DNA from: Botryllus schlosseri
Lineage: Eukaryota
DNA: 64,000 bases
Direction: 5' to 3'
NCBI GenBank assembly: GCA_051294905.1
Contig: CM119377.1
Location: forward strand, 28,768,001 to 28,832,000
In this document: positions 36,294 through 49,711 of the stretch, one piece after another
Numbering within the stretch: the first letter of the stretch is position 1
Layout: each line of letters begins with the position of its first letter
Made by a program: the position numbers and the translations under genes
Notes under the pieces: model-generated
Told to the model about the DNA's origin: nothing
The model's database searches: none
What the model saw: only the letters and a program-made list of their open reading frames with translations

Positions 36294-36797
36294 AGGGGCA
36301 CTGCACTCTAAAAATGACGTGGTCTCAAATTGAAGGGTGAAACGAAAAAAAAAATTGGCCGCAACCGGTTGCTTCAGAACGCCACCGTAATGGAGCTGCA
36401 ATGTATTGAAATTTCCACAAACGCATCACGCTCCAGCAGTCACGCAAAGATCAAACTTCATATAGTTGTCAGCCGATGTGATGAAGGATATATGTCGTAC
36501 ACGCCAAGGTGGCTTAGATACCGTGTTCAACGGAAGATATTCAGTGAGGAGATTATGTCAAAATCTGGCCTAGTGTATTCTATTTCTGTCGTGTACGACA
36601 TATTTCCTTCATAACATCGACTGACAACCATATAAAGTTCGATCTCTGAGTGACTGTTAGAGCGTGATGTGTTTGTGGAAATTTCAATACATTGCAGCTC
36701 CATTACGGTGGCGTTCTGAAGCAAACGGCTGAGGCCATTTTTTTTTCGTTCTACCCTTCAATTTGAGACCACGTCATTTTTAGAGTGCAGTGCCCTT
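36294..36797. mobile_element. Palindromic MITE, Kolobok-like (TTAA-AGGG end)
   Basis: Arms of about 210 bp around a spacer of about 85 bp; left flank TTAA, right flank degenerate. Confidence 0.75.
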
Positions 36798-37465
36798 TTA
36801 CGCGAACGTCAGAGTAACGTTATGGATAGACTCCTAAATCATAACAATAAATCACCAATGATTTCGGAGCACTATGGAGTCCAGTGCAGGAAGCGCTGGT
36901 GAGAGAAAGTTCTCGGATTGTTGTACCAGATCCCTCACATTCTGGGAAAATGTTGAAATGCATTTTAGAACTTGAGGTGGTTTGACGTAAAAGTTTCTTC
37001 GGTTACTCTCGTTCGTATTCATTAACAGGCAATATGGACTTCATTACGATGCTCTATCGAAGGTTTGACAATTATAGATGGTGTGTGGGAGACAGAATCT
37101 GGTCATGGAGGTTAGACGATAACGCAGCTACTTAAGGCCCATATGTGAATCATGTGGTAACGATAGCTTGACGACGCTACATTATATTTAAGCTACATTA
37201 CCATGTAATCACTTCAACCATTTCGTAGAATTCGAATCAACGACCCACTGCTAGCATTATTATCTAAACAAGAGTTCTTCAATGCCGCCCCCTACTGGCA
37301 CGCGTTATTTAGAAATAATATAATCGGTAAATCTTATGAATCTTACGAATCCAAACGTCCATTTTAGATGGCTATACTGCCGGCACACTGCGCAGTGCAC
37401 ACACCGCAACATTCTTCTTAGCCCAACACAGTGCAAAACGTGAAAATATGCATGGCAAGCTAACA

Positions 37466-37990
37466 TTAAAACATCTGTATTCCCAACTTCACAAAGAAAA
37501 TGTTTTGTGCAATAAAGCCAACAATGACACCTCTTCTCATAAAATTACAACTGCGATTGGACGATTCTTCTTCATTCATTGAGACCCACACAAGACTACG
37601 GCAATTATTGAAAAACACATTCGCCATTCTTACAAGAACGTCAACTACTTCATAACTAGGGACACGACAATGTGACAGTATCCAAACCAAAACTATATTG
37701 ACGTTCATGTCCTCTTGTTGTCGAATGAGGTAACTTATGAATGCAATGGCAAGCTTCTCGGCATTCTCCGAGAAGTCGATAGCCAGAGCAACGCCGATGC
37801 AGAGCGATAAGATCTCGTATTTTTGATGAGCGCCGATTCCTAACATCCACAGCAATGCCTGCGATATTGCTTCGACTAGAACATCACACATTTCTGTACT
37901 GTTGTTGAAGCTTTCGGTCGCGCAGTCCATGCCTGCCTCATGAATAAGGAATGTACATCTCGTTCATTTTCTGTCTTTGATCCATCGCTC
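37466..37990 (-). mobile_element. Second RNase H fragment of the same I-group LINE family
   Basis: DGSK...EAISQALLW...VLVWILSHCRVPSYEVVDVLVRMAN aligns with 10743-11143. Confidence 0.75.
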
Positions 37991-38011
37991 AAGTGTAAAC
38001 CGAGACGATAT

Positions 38012-39202
38012 TAGAGATGTACAGGATCAGGATTTTGGATTCTAACAGGTCAGGAATCCGGGTGATTTTTTGGCAACAGGATTGGATCCGGATTTCAAAT
38101 TTGACTGTTTTGCCGGATCCGGATCAGGACAGGATTTTTATTTTGACGAAAACATGATCAGAATCTTGTCAAACATGTTTTGATTCAGAAAAGGTAGAAC
38201 TTATCTTCTCGTAGTTTATAAATTCTATTTCTTACAAGTAAAAGTCTGATATTATATTTTTTCCGCGTAGGAAATTTCAGCGGCAGAAACGTCTTGAGCT
38301 GCTCTCTCGTCAGATTTTGATGTTTGTTGATATCATTTGTGGTTCTTGTCTAATTTAGAATGTCAGAGAATTTAAAATTGATAGCTCAAAATGACATTAT
38401 TAAGGCTGACGAAAACAGCGTCACAAGGACTAAAAGTGATGCTTGGAGACAGTTCCTATACTTGGTAGGCAAGAGAGATGGGAAATGTGCTGGCTACGAT
38501 TTGTGCTTGCTGCCAGTATCATGTCAAAAAGTTCAACTGATGAGCTCGAAGACTATAATAAGAGTCCTTTGAGTGACTCATATATTGGAGATGGCATCGG
38601 CTTAGATGAATCCCAATACAATTGCTAGGTATCCAAATCTCAATATACTTACTGTTGGCTGTTGGTAAAATCAATATTAGTATTCCTGTATCAAGTGCAT
38701 CCATGAGGGTAAAGGGCGTTCAGTTTATGTTGAAATACTATTGAGAAAAAAGATCCTCACTTCCAGCTTACAGCTTAGATGCTTTAGTTGTAGGTAAAAG
38801 TGCTGGTGACTATGTTTTCAAGTGAGGTCACGCTGATTGTGTCATCATTTCTTTTTTTCTGTCAGTCTGTATCTTAACGATGACCATGTTGCAGTTGTTG
38901 AATACAATTTCAGTTATCAACTATCTGTTTGCAGTATGTAAACTACTATTATTTTGTACGTTCATCCTAGCTTGAGTTTCTGTTGATGTTTATATTTTTC
39001 CAGAAATCGCATATAGTAATATAATATTTGCCGCTACTCATATAGTAATATGGATCATGAAGCAATTTTTGAAAACAGGATTATTTTTGGACTCGGATAA
39101 TGAAATATGCGATTGCAACAGGATCAGGATTGGATCAGGATTATGATATCATGAAACAGGATTGGATCAGGATCCTAAAAAACCATGATCCGTACATCTC
39201 TA
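38012..39202 (+). mobile_element. hAT deletion derivative with BED-finger-like and dimerisation-domain relics
   Basis: TIR TAGAGATGTAC(A)GGATC/GATCCGTACATCTCTA; exact TSD GACGATAT; CAGGAT/GGATT subterminal arrays; KSDAWRQF relic. Confidence 0.88.
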
Positions 39203-42200
39203 GACGATATCCCTATATTACTGACGTATGTAGTTGGAACAAACCGACGCCTTACCTCTTATGGCTCTGCGTTATGTATGCGTCCGCGTAAGCTTACATA
39301 TTAGATTACGCGTAGGCTATCTCTACCTTGTACGTCGAGGATCGCCAAACCCCGGCACGCGTGCCCCTGCGCGCGATTTACCATGGCCTGGTTTCTTGAT
39401 TTTGGGAAACCTGCAAAAATAAATATACGGCAACCTAATATCGTATGAAACCGTTTGGATGCTTTAGTCTGGGAGTGAGCACTGTGCAGCCTGTGGGACC
39501 GCGAATATTTCATAAGAACCCGCATTTTGGCGCTGGGCATTTTCACGCTAGGAGACACACGTTTCGGCACCCGGCGACTCCGTGCACAGTGTGCGTGACC
39601 AAAATTATTTGCGGTGATGAAACATTGAATTATAACAGCGCCGCATGTTGGCTAAAACGTCCGACATTGATTGATGTGTCCAGTGTCCAGGCGCCGAAAT
39701 GACCGACACGAATACCCCAGCTCCCGCAGTTCGAGCCGCGCGTCTCGAATGAGACCCACAGGCCACAGAGGGAAATAATCAGTCCCTTGACGAAATGCGA
39801 ATTTGGAATTGTGTTCTTCTCACGAATGAATATCTTATTTTAGTTTCGTCTGATACGTGGAAGCGATTCCAATATATCTGGAGCGACGACAATAACCTTT
39901 ACCACTATACTGCGATCTCTGGAGCTTTGCAGACAAATCTCTAATTTCAGATCAACTACATTGTGACATCAAACCGACTTCATGATACAGGGATTGGCCC
40001 ATTTTTATCACCAGGCCGTCTCATCATAACATCTTCGATGGGCCTGTCACTTAATGGCTATGGTACCGAACACAGTATACTCGGGAACGATCAAGGCAAC
40101 CACAGAAGATCGATCATTGCGCTACCAAATTTAAATGCTGCACATATTACGTACATTAGACGGTAGGTCTAGTGCGGCAGCAAAAAATTTATAACCTTCG
40201 CGACCAATACTGTAAGAATCACCTACTTAACCGATGCCGTTGCCAGTTTCCGGTAAATAGTTGGTGTGATTCCTGGCTTGAAACGCTAAATATGACAAAA
40301 TTAAATATGGTTGGCACGCCAGTTGGTGATATTTTGCAATTTTTTTGATATTCTGGCACGCTGCATACAAAAGGTTGCCGACCCTTGCTGCACGTAATGC
40401 GGAATCGCTTCTGCCAACATACTCTCAGCGACCAGAGATCCCCATAATTTCGAGAGTGCCTTCCATACGAAACGAATGTCTTCGGTTTACCTTTCGACTT
40501 CCACATAACAATAATTAGCCGTGCCACATGGATACATTATCGACGCAATCAACTGTTGTAGTAGCCGACAGCTTACCGCGACGTGTGGAGAAACCTCCTA
40601 CCGATTCGTCTCTCCTCTGTCTGACAGGACGAGCTGCTTTCAATCCCACCACTCTTCGAAGAGTTTATTCTGCTTTTCAGCCTCCTGTTATGCGGCTGAA
40701 TGTTTCGACCATGGTAAAGTCTTTATCCCCACAGCCCGGACAGTAGTTAACGCGTCGGTCGGTTAAGCTGTTTCGTCATTGACGGGAGGTGCTGTCTGTA
40801 GCACTCCTTTAATAACTTTGTGGCTTCGTAACAATAGATAGGACTTGCCAGACTGCGTTTGCAACACCAGGCACAATCTGTATGACGGCGGTATATAGGC
40901 ACTCGCTGGTGCGTACCTTGCGCTAACAAGGACTTCTTAAACCATGTTAAGCTATAGGAAACCAAAGCTAGACATATTTCACGTAGTGTAGGAAACAGCG
41001 ATGCACTTCTCGTCAAGCCTACTCACCTGCAACCAATGATGGCTAAAACGGGCGTATAATCTCAAACCCTATGTATGAGTTGGCTGTGTGTCTGGACCTC
41101 CAAAAGGTACCTCTGGGACTTACTCAGGGAATCCCTTTAGATCCATGGAAAGCCGGTGAAGAGCCACTGTCCTACTGTTAAGGTTACGATATGCATGCCG
41201 TTTTGAGTAGATAATTTCAACCATGGACGCACGAAGGAGCATTGGCAAGTTGGCAAGTTGCATCTTTGAAAACAGCTTTTCTCATGACACCCATTCAGAT
41301 GGGATGTTTCAACGCGACACTCAAATGCGACGGGGCGCAGATTTGTCAGGCGTCTAATCCTGGCCGCTCTGCTGGAACCTGCTGTTGGACTCGGCAACGT
41401 TACTTATAAGTCTTATTTAAACGTAATCCAACCAAGCAATCAAAATCGAAGAACAAGGTGGACTTCGGATTTAGTTTATAGAAATACAATGACGTGTAAG
41501 CAAGACTCGCATCAGTGCTCGCTCGTGCCATGCTCGAAAATTAAAGCGTACCAAGAGATTTATTTACGAAGACAATATTTAGGCAAGCGAAGAGAGAAAG
41601 TAAAATAGCAATTCAACAATCAAATTGAATATAATCGGACATAGAATTACGGATCACTAAACGAGACGGGTAAAACGAAGTGAATCAATACAGTTGGTTG
41701 GATTTCAAAATGATTCTATAAAAACATGAGCAATCGCCAACAGTGACTTCCTCATCAGTAATAATGTTTCATATTTTATGATCAATTCAATATATCAAAT
41801 TATTAGCAACGCCCATTAGGTTGAAAGCGTGTTTTGTTGAACGATTATAATGATGAGCCTCTTGACGCAGCTAACCTTACCCTTTCTGAGACCAGTTTGA
41901 AATGCGATCCCTTAAAATGAGCTGTCGAAGTGTCTTGTCGAAAGGAACAACTTGAAACCGTTTTTTCATTACAAATGAGCTGAGCGTATATATTTTGGAG
42001 ATATAATTAGCATTTCAGAAGGACGTGGTTTCGATTCCGTACCCCGACCTCCCCCTGTGTACGCCATTGCACACGACGTACCGCAACAGTGACAATTCGA
42101 CAACTGATTCCCCCCTAATTGCCTGCAACCAATGAAGATCAAGACAGTCGTGTCAACGCGAATCATATGTACGAGTTGAGTGTGTGTCTTGACTTCCAGG

Positions 42201-42261
42201 GAGCCATCAGACAGGCTCAGGAAACCCATGTTAAAAACCATACTCCCCCGAAATGTCGCAT

Positions 42262-42796
42262 CTACCCATCACTCAGGTAGATATGTCGCATATGACTACG
42301 AAGATAACTGTCGTTACCGTCTGCATGATCCACAGAAGCCCCTCGCACTTGCGAAAGGCCGCAGTTTGCATCCGAAATATTTCGACAAGCTAGAAGACCG
42401 GCGTCTACAGCCGACAGACGCAGCAGTGCCGTGAACCATACGTCGTCGTTGTAAAAATACTTATGATAACGTGATATCTTCAAGATTGCACTCGCTACAG
42501 AGACGGACATCGAATAGAAACCACCGGAGCAGAAATTGGGATAAATATCTAGCGAGTAGTGGTCGGCAGAAACATGGTTTTTGGTGGTATTGTCTCTGCT
42601 CGGGCTGTTGTCCCTCCATTTGAAGTGACAGATGATCGGAACGTATCCGATTTTTTTCGCCATTTCATTTTCTACCTCCCTGTAAACACGATCTAGTCTA
42701 GGTATCATATCGTCATCCGCCGATGCGTATATCCAATGTTGGTCGCAATTGATCTCCATCCATTGCATGCCAGCTAGGACTTTATATCCGACATTT
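42262..42796 (-). CDS. GT31 gene C, coding exon 4 (catalytic core)
   Basis: Acceptor TTTCCACAG|A AAT GTC GGA. NVGYKVLAGMQW, SADDD, YPNFCSGGFY, NDDVW; 535 nt to the stop. Confidence 0.92.
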
Positions 42797-43927
42797 CTGT
42801 GGAAAGTAAAATTTTCCGTTATTATAGATCTGGGCAAAATCGAGCACCTGAGTGACAGGATATTTTGAACCAACGTTTAAATTTGCGTATGACCAACCGC
42901 TCGTTTACCGTGTCCACACGCCTATCGTAAATTGCAGCTAAATTCTGTTAAATATTAATAAAGGAAACAGAATTCGTGGTTCATTCGGATTTAACTTTAT
43001 TTATATAGGCCTTGGAGTTTATAGAACTTAGAGCCGGCTCTTTTTAGTTCCGCGTTATCGAGACTGGATGCTAATATGCTACTTGCTTGCTGTAAGATCA
43101 GACTATATCCGGTTCTTTGTAATAAATATTACGTCTAAACATTTATCTCAAGTCACGGTAGAGCTAATCTCTGTTCTCACCTTTCGGATAGGCAAACACT
43201 TTCGAAAATGAAGCAGATGCTCAAAAAGGGAAAATCGTGCTGGCATTAACGAGACTCAACCCCACATAAGGTTTTCGTAACGAGCGTATAGCCATATATG
43301 AGAAAAATACCAGTTCCGAAGGCGTAATAGCTTCACTAATAAACCAATATGCTTAATCTGTTCTTTATTTCATCGATTACCTCTCATATTTTTGAAATTT
43401 GGTTGGAATCGAAACGCTAAGGCGTAACTATGGCGGTCAGCTTTCAGATACTCGATTTTAGGGTTCATTGCTCGATTGGTTCGAATATTATCGCAAAATA
43501 AACACTGTTATTATAATTCAATGTGGATCGAACACGGCACTATTGACATGTAATATTCATCAGGGTTGCAATGATTCCAGTCGGGGCCTCCAGTGATGAC
43601 TCGACTCCATTTTTTGACTAGACTTGCCTTCAGTCATTTTCCTAAAATTCGAAAATGACTTGACCTAAGTCAGTTTATGTATTGACTTGACTTGTATACT
43701 CGAGTCATTGCGCGTTATTTGATCAACTCATGATATGCCCTCACACATTCTACTTTATATACACCTACCTACTCTACGCATGACTAATCTTGCTGGCCGG
43801 AAAGTTATTTTGCTTACGGATCTCGGCGACAACACAAGATAATCGATGAAGTGGGTTTGCATCGCCCCCAATTTTGCGAACCGATCAACTTTCGAGGGGA
43901 TGCGAAAATATAATTAGGTTAGTTTAC

Positions 43928-44147
43928 CTGTAAATCTCTGTGAGGTTTATCTGAATCAAGTCGTCGTGATTAAGCTGCTCCTTCGCAATCATCCCATCAG
44001 TGAGACTGTCGTCGATTCCCAGCACGAAAAGCGTTATTAACCGCACTTGACGGTACAGATCTCTCTTCCCCCATGTGTTTCTAATCAGCTCGCGACGTTC
44101 GATGTTTTTAGGTTCGGATTTTACGAATACAATCATTGACCAGGAGG
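43928..44147 (-). CDS. GT31 gene C, coding exon 3
   Basis: Acceptor TTTTCTTAG|CC TCC TGG, 220 nt as in A and B. KSEPKNIERRELIRNTWG..FVLG..EQLNHDDLIQ..EIY, donor AG|GTAAAC. Confidence 0.9.
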
Positions 44148-44950
44148 CTAAGAAAATAGAAATATGAATGAATTTAACATCATTTACGTCAGAGATGGTG
44201 CGAAACACGGAAAAGGTTTCTATTCGTCTGAATACGAGCGTATTACGACACAATTCGAATTCCAAGCATTTATTACATTGTATTTATTTTCAATAAATTT
44301 AATGTTTTGAACCCTGCTTCTTCGAATTAGTCAAAATCTCCTTTGAATCATACTTTTTGTTGAATAGAAGTTTCATCGGAGGTCTCTGGACTTTAACTCC
44401 ATATGAGATAATTCGTCGTAAGCAACTACATGAAATAACAATGCTCTATCAACTACGCCAGACCACAGCTGGGGAATAGTATTTCGACGTCAATCCGACA
44501 GTCGCCCAGCAAGTCCACATTCACGTCAAAATACAAATAAACTTTACTGAATAAATACAAAACAACGCTCGAGATAACGTGAACACGATCTCGTATTTTG
44601 AACTCGCCTTCTGGCACTTGCCATAAAATATTTTCCTATGTCCTAGTTATATCCTGTTGCTTTTCATACTTATTGACATCATCAAGGCCAAAATGGGTGT
44701 CTAATCTCAAAGACTACTGCTAGTATATTCGGTACCTTCCTCTATTTCTATTGTATTACAATCTTGTGGCGTTTTGAAGTGATGGAATTATTATTAAACT
44801 GATAATGAGGAAGCATTGCCAACCACCACGCGAAAGTGTTCAGCGTTCCACGCGGGGCACATTTTCGAGAAGGAAAGTACTGCTAGTTAGAGGCGCGCCA
44901 TTGAGAAAACGATGCAAACGACAGGCTTGAAATGATACGCACAATTCTAC

Positions 44951-45105
44951 CTTGGTCATCATATGTTTGGTCGACGCAGCTTATGTTCTTTGGTGACATC
45001 ACGAGTTGAAAATCATGCCGCGGGTATCGCTGTCTTTCCATCAGACTTACCTTGGCAAATCCCATGAGACTGAATGAACTTTTGCGAGATGATTTGGGAA
45101 TGTAT
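44951..45105 (-). CDS. GT31 gene C, coding exon 2
   Basis: Acceptor TTTCATTTGCAACAG|, 155 nt, phase 2 to 1. SLMERQRYPRHDFQLVMSPKNISC aligns with SLMTRMDTPREEFEFIIHPRNNSC of gene A. Donor CAAG|GTAGAA. Confidence 0.8.
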
Positions 45106-45248
45106 CTGTTGCAAATGAAACGAATATATTCAAAATCATTCAGTCCAGTGGTTTTCCACATGGGCATGCCCACCAACGGGGCACGTGGAAAATTTTCAAA
45201 TCGGAAATTAGGGGTAGGCCAGTGCTCGGCAAAATCCAGTACCTTGGT

Positions 45249-46076
45249 CAGGAGTGGCCAACCTTCCACCGTAGACGGATATTTGTGGGGCCGTCGACGC
45301 GTAATTCAATTAGTATGTGTTGGCGACCGTCCACATACAACTTGCATTTACGAATTGATTGCCGATTTATGAGAGGTTTTAATTAACCTTGGAATGCGAC
45401 TTCTTTTGGTCTTTTTACATGGTAGCACCCTTTGCAATCACAACCCCACAGTACGATGCGAACAGCAGAGGGAAATGATACACCCCATACAGAAATACCA
45501 ACTTGCATCCGTGTTCTCCTCACCAAAGAAGTTTGGTTCTGGTATACGTTTGACCGATTTCAATACCTTTTCACTATACCGACAATCCTGATGGGAGGTC
45601 ATGAAACAACAGCGTGCAACTAAGTGACCTACAACAATTGACCCGCCCGAATATGTATCATCATATATACTTGCCCTAAATGTTCGGAAAAAAAACCTCT
45701 ATCAACTCTACCGGTAAATCTGACCGCATGGGTTGAGAAAGCATAAATATTTAATACTACTATGTAATACTATTACACTAGTATTACGGAAGAAATTACT
45801 TCGTGTACGCGAAAAGGTTTCCGAGCTTCGCGCGACCACAACAGGTCCCAGTAACTGTTCCTAACATAAACACTATAGCGATTTCACTGCGCTTAGTAAG
45901 CCGATATGAAAAATAGATTAGTGAGTAGTTCACCGGGGTTGGACATGGACATTGGACAGTTTGACATGGCATTTTGGCCCCCGTTAGCTCATTATGACTA
46001 TGCCATAAAATGAAATGCAGCCGTAGGCTACATAGGTAGTTGAATAGCAAAAAGGTTGGCCACCCCTGAGGCCCTG
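45249..46076. mobile_element. Buster-type hAT non-autonomous element in gene C intron 1
   Basis: CAGGAGTGGCCAACCTT / AAGGTTGGCCACCCCTG(AGGCCCTG); TSD ACCTTGGT/ACCTAGGT. Confidence 0.65.
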
Positions 46077-46718
46077 ACCTAGGTAATTCGAGATTCGATT
46101 CCTAATCGAGTGTTGTGCGTCGAGTCAAATCGAGTGTTCGAATATCCTTAATGATGTTCGATATCCTTAATGATGATTTTGGGTGCAGTTATTCGAGCAT
46201 ATTTTACGTTTCAAAGTTTCCAAGTTTGGAAACGAGTGGATTTATAATTCTCGTTTAAAATGCAACTTTTAACGGAAAGCGGCGTATAATATCAGTAGGC
46301 CTACACGGAAAAAATCGTCTTTCACTGCATTAAAATTGATACTCGATTAGTATGAGAGTATACTCGAATCATTGTAGCGCTGGGCAACAATGTTGGAAAC
46401 CACAGATCTAATCTAATCGCAAGCTTCGTAGTTACGGAGACACAGTAACATAATTATGGACGCGCACTAAATCTAAGCCGCAATCTGAATCCGCAATCAT
46501 CTTATCTAATGCTTAATTCGAGGTCTCCGCTATCAGATCTATAAGCCATTAATTGGGGATGATGCGGGACCCTCAAAGGTTCCGTTTCATGTGAGCGCGA
46601 ACCTTTTTGAAAGGATCTGTGTGAACACGAACGTGAGCCCATTTCGTCACGTGACGTCATATTGTTAATTCCAACCCTATACATGTCAGTGAAGTGATAT
46701 ATTAATGTACATTATACA

Positions 46719-48040
46719 CAGAGGTGGTCAGTAACGAAGTACTTCTACTTTTTCGAAGTACTCAAGTACTTTTCCTCTACTTCTGGTACTTGCTCAAGTA
46801 GATCTGATTTTCGCTACTTCTACTTCTACTTCATAATATTTTGTGCTCTACTTACTTACTTTTCGCTATTTTTAGTTTGTCAAGTAGTTCAATCTTCCAA
46901 TCAGGTAGATAGTCTGAGGAATTTCGGGGCTGTTTTCACGGAGTACCACCATTTGATTTCCATAAAAAAGCCAGAATTTCAGTCGCGCGGTGGATACGGC
47001 GTTACCAGTATGATTTCACGAAAGTATCGATGAATATAATTCATGTGGCGGGTTGGCGTGATTCCTTTCACACAGGGATATCTAGAATTATATATCTAGA
47101 TATCCCTGAGTCCACACCACATTGTCGCCCTTCGCGCATATGAAATAATTCATCGTAGTATATATGGCTAATCATAACGTTTGAAACTGATGTTTCGCAA
47201 TCCAGCATTTAATTACTTGTCATATCGTAATCTAGCATGTCCACGGCACTTCCTAACCTGGAATAGTGGACTCTGACTTTTTTGTTAGTTTTAGAGCTGT
47301 TTCAGCATACCACCGTTGATGCTTTCTGGACTAAAGGCATGGAAAACGTGTACCGCTTTTAGAACTAGTATTTATGTTTTATTTTCAATTCCCAGTATCA
47401 TATACTTTGAGTTATACTTAATATCAGTTCTTTGGTATGGATACCATGCATGTTGAAGTTTGAAAGCAAGTGTAGTAATGCCTGTAATTTCCGGAAATAA
47501 AGCTACACAATATGGGATTTTTACGGCCTACCATATTTTTTATTAACGTTTACTAATCGCGCAAAGTGTTTACACCGTATCCTATACAACTTTTCTGTAT
47601 TGCTCTTCGACTAAACTACGGACCTTATAATATGGGGGATGGCGCCATACCATGCTATTTTTTAAAACGAGCTGTTCGAGAAAACAGGATAAGTATCGCA
47701 TTTCCATATCAATCCTATCATTTTCATCCCATGATGTGGACGAATGCTTTTGCTATCAAAAATTGGATACCGGCTGGTATGCATCAATGTGAATATAGCT
47801 CGTCACCTTTCGCATAGCTCAATTTGCACCTTTATACAATCCATGTGAACAAATTAGGATCGTTTTCACAACTACTTACTTACTTGAGTACTTTAAAAGT
47901 CAGTCAATTCTACTTCTACTTCAAGTAGTTTATGGTTTATGCTTATGGAAGAAGTACTTCTACTCGTACTTGAGTAGATTTTTTCGTCGGTGCTTCTACT
48001 TCTACTTGAGTAGATTTCTTGGCTACTTTGATCACCTCTG
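46719..48040. mobile_element. Second copy (inverted) of the 34062-35333 hAT family
   Basis: Exact TSD ATTATACA (46711-46718, 48041-48048); internal homology to 34062-35333. Confidence 0.9.
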
Positions 48041-49413
48041 ATTATACATGATAGGCTACCTAGCGACGACTCGGCCACATTATGCCACAATGCTGAAGTA
48101 AATGCTGACTTTTCGAACGTCACCAAATGTAATAACTATAACAATCAAATGCTATGACTATAACAATCAAATGCTATGATAATCCCATAACATCAATATC
48201 TTCCATCACTTTGTCAACGACTTCGACGAGGACTTGCAACCCAACGGAATATAAGCTTACGTCTTAACGGTCCTGGCCAGACTGGACAATGTATTCGGCG
48301 TTTGACTATTGCTACATTGACATTGAGCAAAGGGTAAAACGGGTTTCTCTACTTGCTAGCGGTATTACCTCATAAACAAGTAATACATAGCCAGCAACTC
48401 GATCGCACGGATTTGGTTTTATGATACAATAAAAATATAAAAGCAAGATGGATACGAGCGCCTGCTCGATTTTTTTACATTAGACAACGATGTATTCTTG
48501 TCATTGATTGGTTGAATAAGAACCATTCCCTGGCTACCTATATCTAGTGTAGGCCTATTTCGTTCTTGATGCTGTGTGACTGCGGGTGAACCTCACAGCA
48601 GAGAGTCACTAAATATTTACAAACATCAGATAGATGAATATTTCGAGCAAAATTTTGTAACAAAGCAAGTAAAATTTTTGAGATTGGCAAGGTGCATGCT
48701 TGTTCGGTGTTGATCTTTTATGCTGACAGCGCCATGAATAGAGTGGCCCGACGTACCTTGAAATTGTACTATATTGAAATGGTTCACAATGCAGAACCTT
48801 CCAAGGTTCGTTTGTGAACGTGAACCGCTAAATTTCTGAAGTTAATCCTAATACACAGAACGCGAACGTGAACCTCAAGTTCAAACCACCTCTACCGTTA
48901 TCATTATTACTATTTGCTGCGCGAGACGCGCTTAAACAACTTTCATTACATCAAAAACGCCTCACTCATGTATATAGGCCTATGAGTCGCAGCTAGGCAT
49001 ACAATATTTGCGCGAAACATATTAGCGGGCAGGCCTACTTGATTTCCGAGACTCGGTTAAAGGAGCTCTCTTGACACTTGCATATGACCTCAGAAAGCCA
49101 CCCTCTTTTTCTCTCTAGTAGAGTTACCATACGTCCTACTTTGGGAGGATTTGTCCTCCTTTTTTAGGTTTTTGAAAATGTCCTCCGAGGATGCCTAAAT
49201 GTCCTCCTTTTTGGTAATCCGTCCTCCTTTACAGCTCTTACAGCTATGATATTGGACAGATTCAACTGAAAATCGGCAGAAATGACGTGAAATGGGTAAT
49301 ACGGGCGTTCGAGCGTGTCATTAGGCAATCAGATGAAAGTGATGACCTTATACGATTTGGTAAAAGTGTCATCCTTTCCCGATACCAAAATATGGCAATC
49401 CTACTCTCTAGAG

Positions 49414-49711
49414 CAGTGGTTCTCAACCTTTTTTCAGACACGCCCCCCTTTATGATAGTGAAAAATTTCGCGCCCCCCTTATCGTCATATCACAAAATCC
49501 AACTGGGATGCTAGCAACCCCAACCGATTTTTTGGTGGCATGGAAGGTTATGACTGTTGATGAAAGAATTAAAAAATATGAAATTCGGTCTAGATATAGA
49601 GAAACACGCGTGAATTGGAGGTAAATTTTGCAGAGCACGAAATATTTTTCAGTTGACCGCTTCTTCGCGCTCCCTTCAGATGCTTTCACGCCCCCAGGTT
49701 GAGAACCACTG
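49414..49711. mobile_element. 298-bp Buster-type MITE
   Basis: CAGTGGTTCTCAACC/GGTTGAGAACCACTG; exact TSD CTCTAGAG. Confidence 0.92.

Noticed and set aside
36330-36724. Two opposite-strand ORFs with near-identical peptides (LLQNATVMELQCIEISTN)
   Set aside because: An artefact of the palindromic MITE 36294-36797.
39695-40170. Gypsy gag relic
   Set aside because: Needs several frameshifts to give a weak VEAxFQ-like match; no LTR or PBS confirmed.
40219-41400. THAP-domain or other gene (GVPTIF motif, several 70-100-aa ORFs)
   Set aside because: The VPTIF lies inside a hAT end, the THAP C2CH pattern is missing, and no consistent exon chain was found.
44455-44615. Solo LTR in gene C intron 2
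   Set aside because: It has AATAAA and weak (T/C)GCCAG/CTGGCA ends, but no TSD and no canonical TG start.
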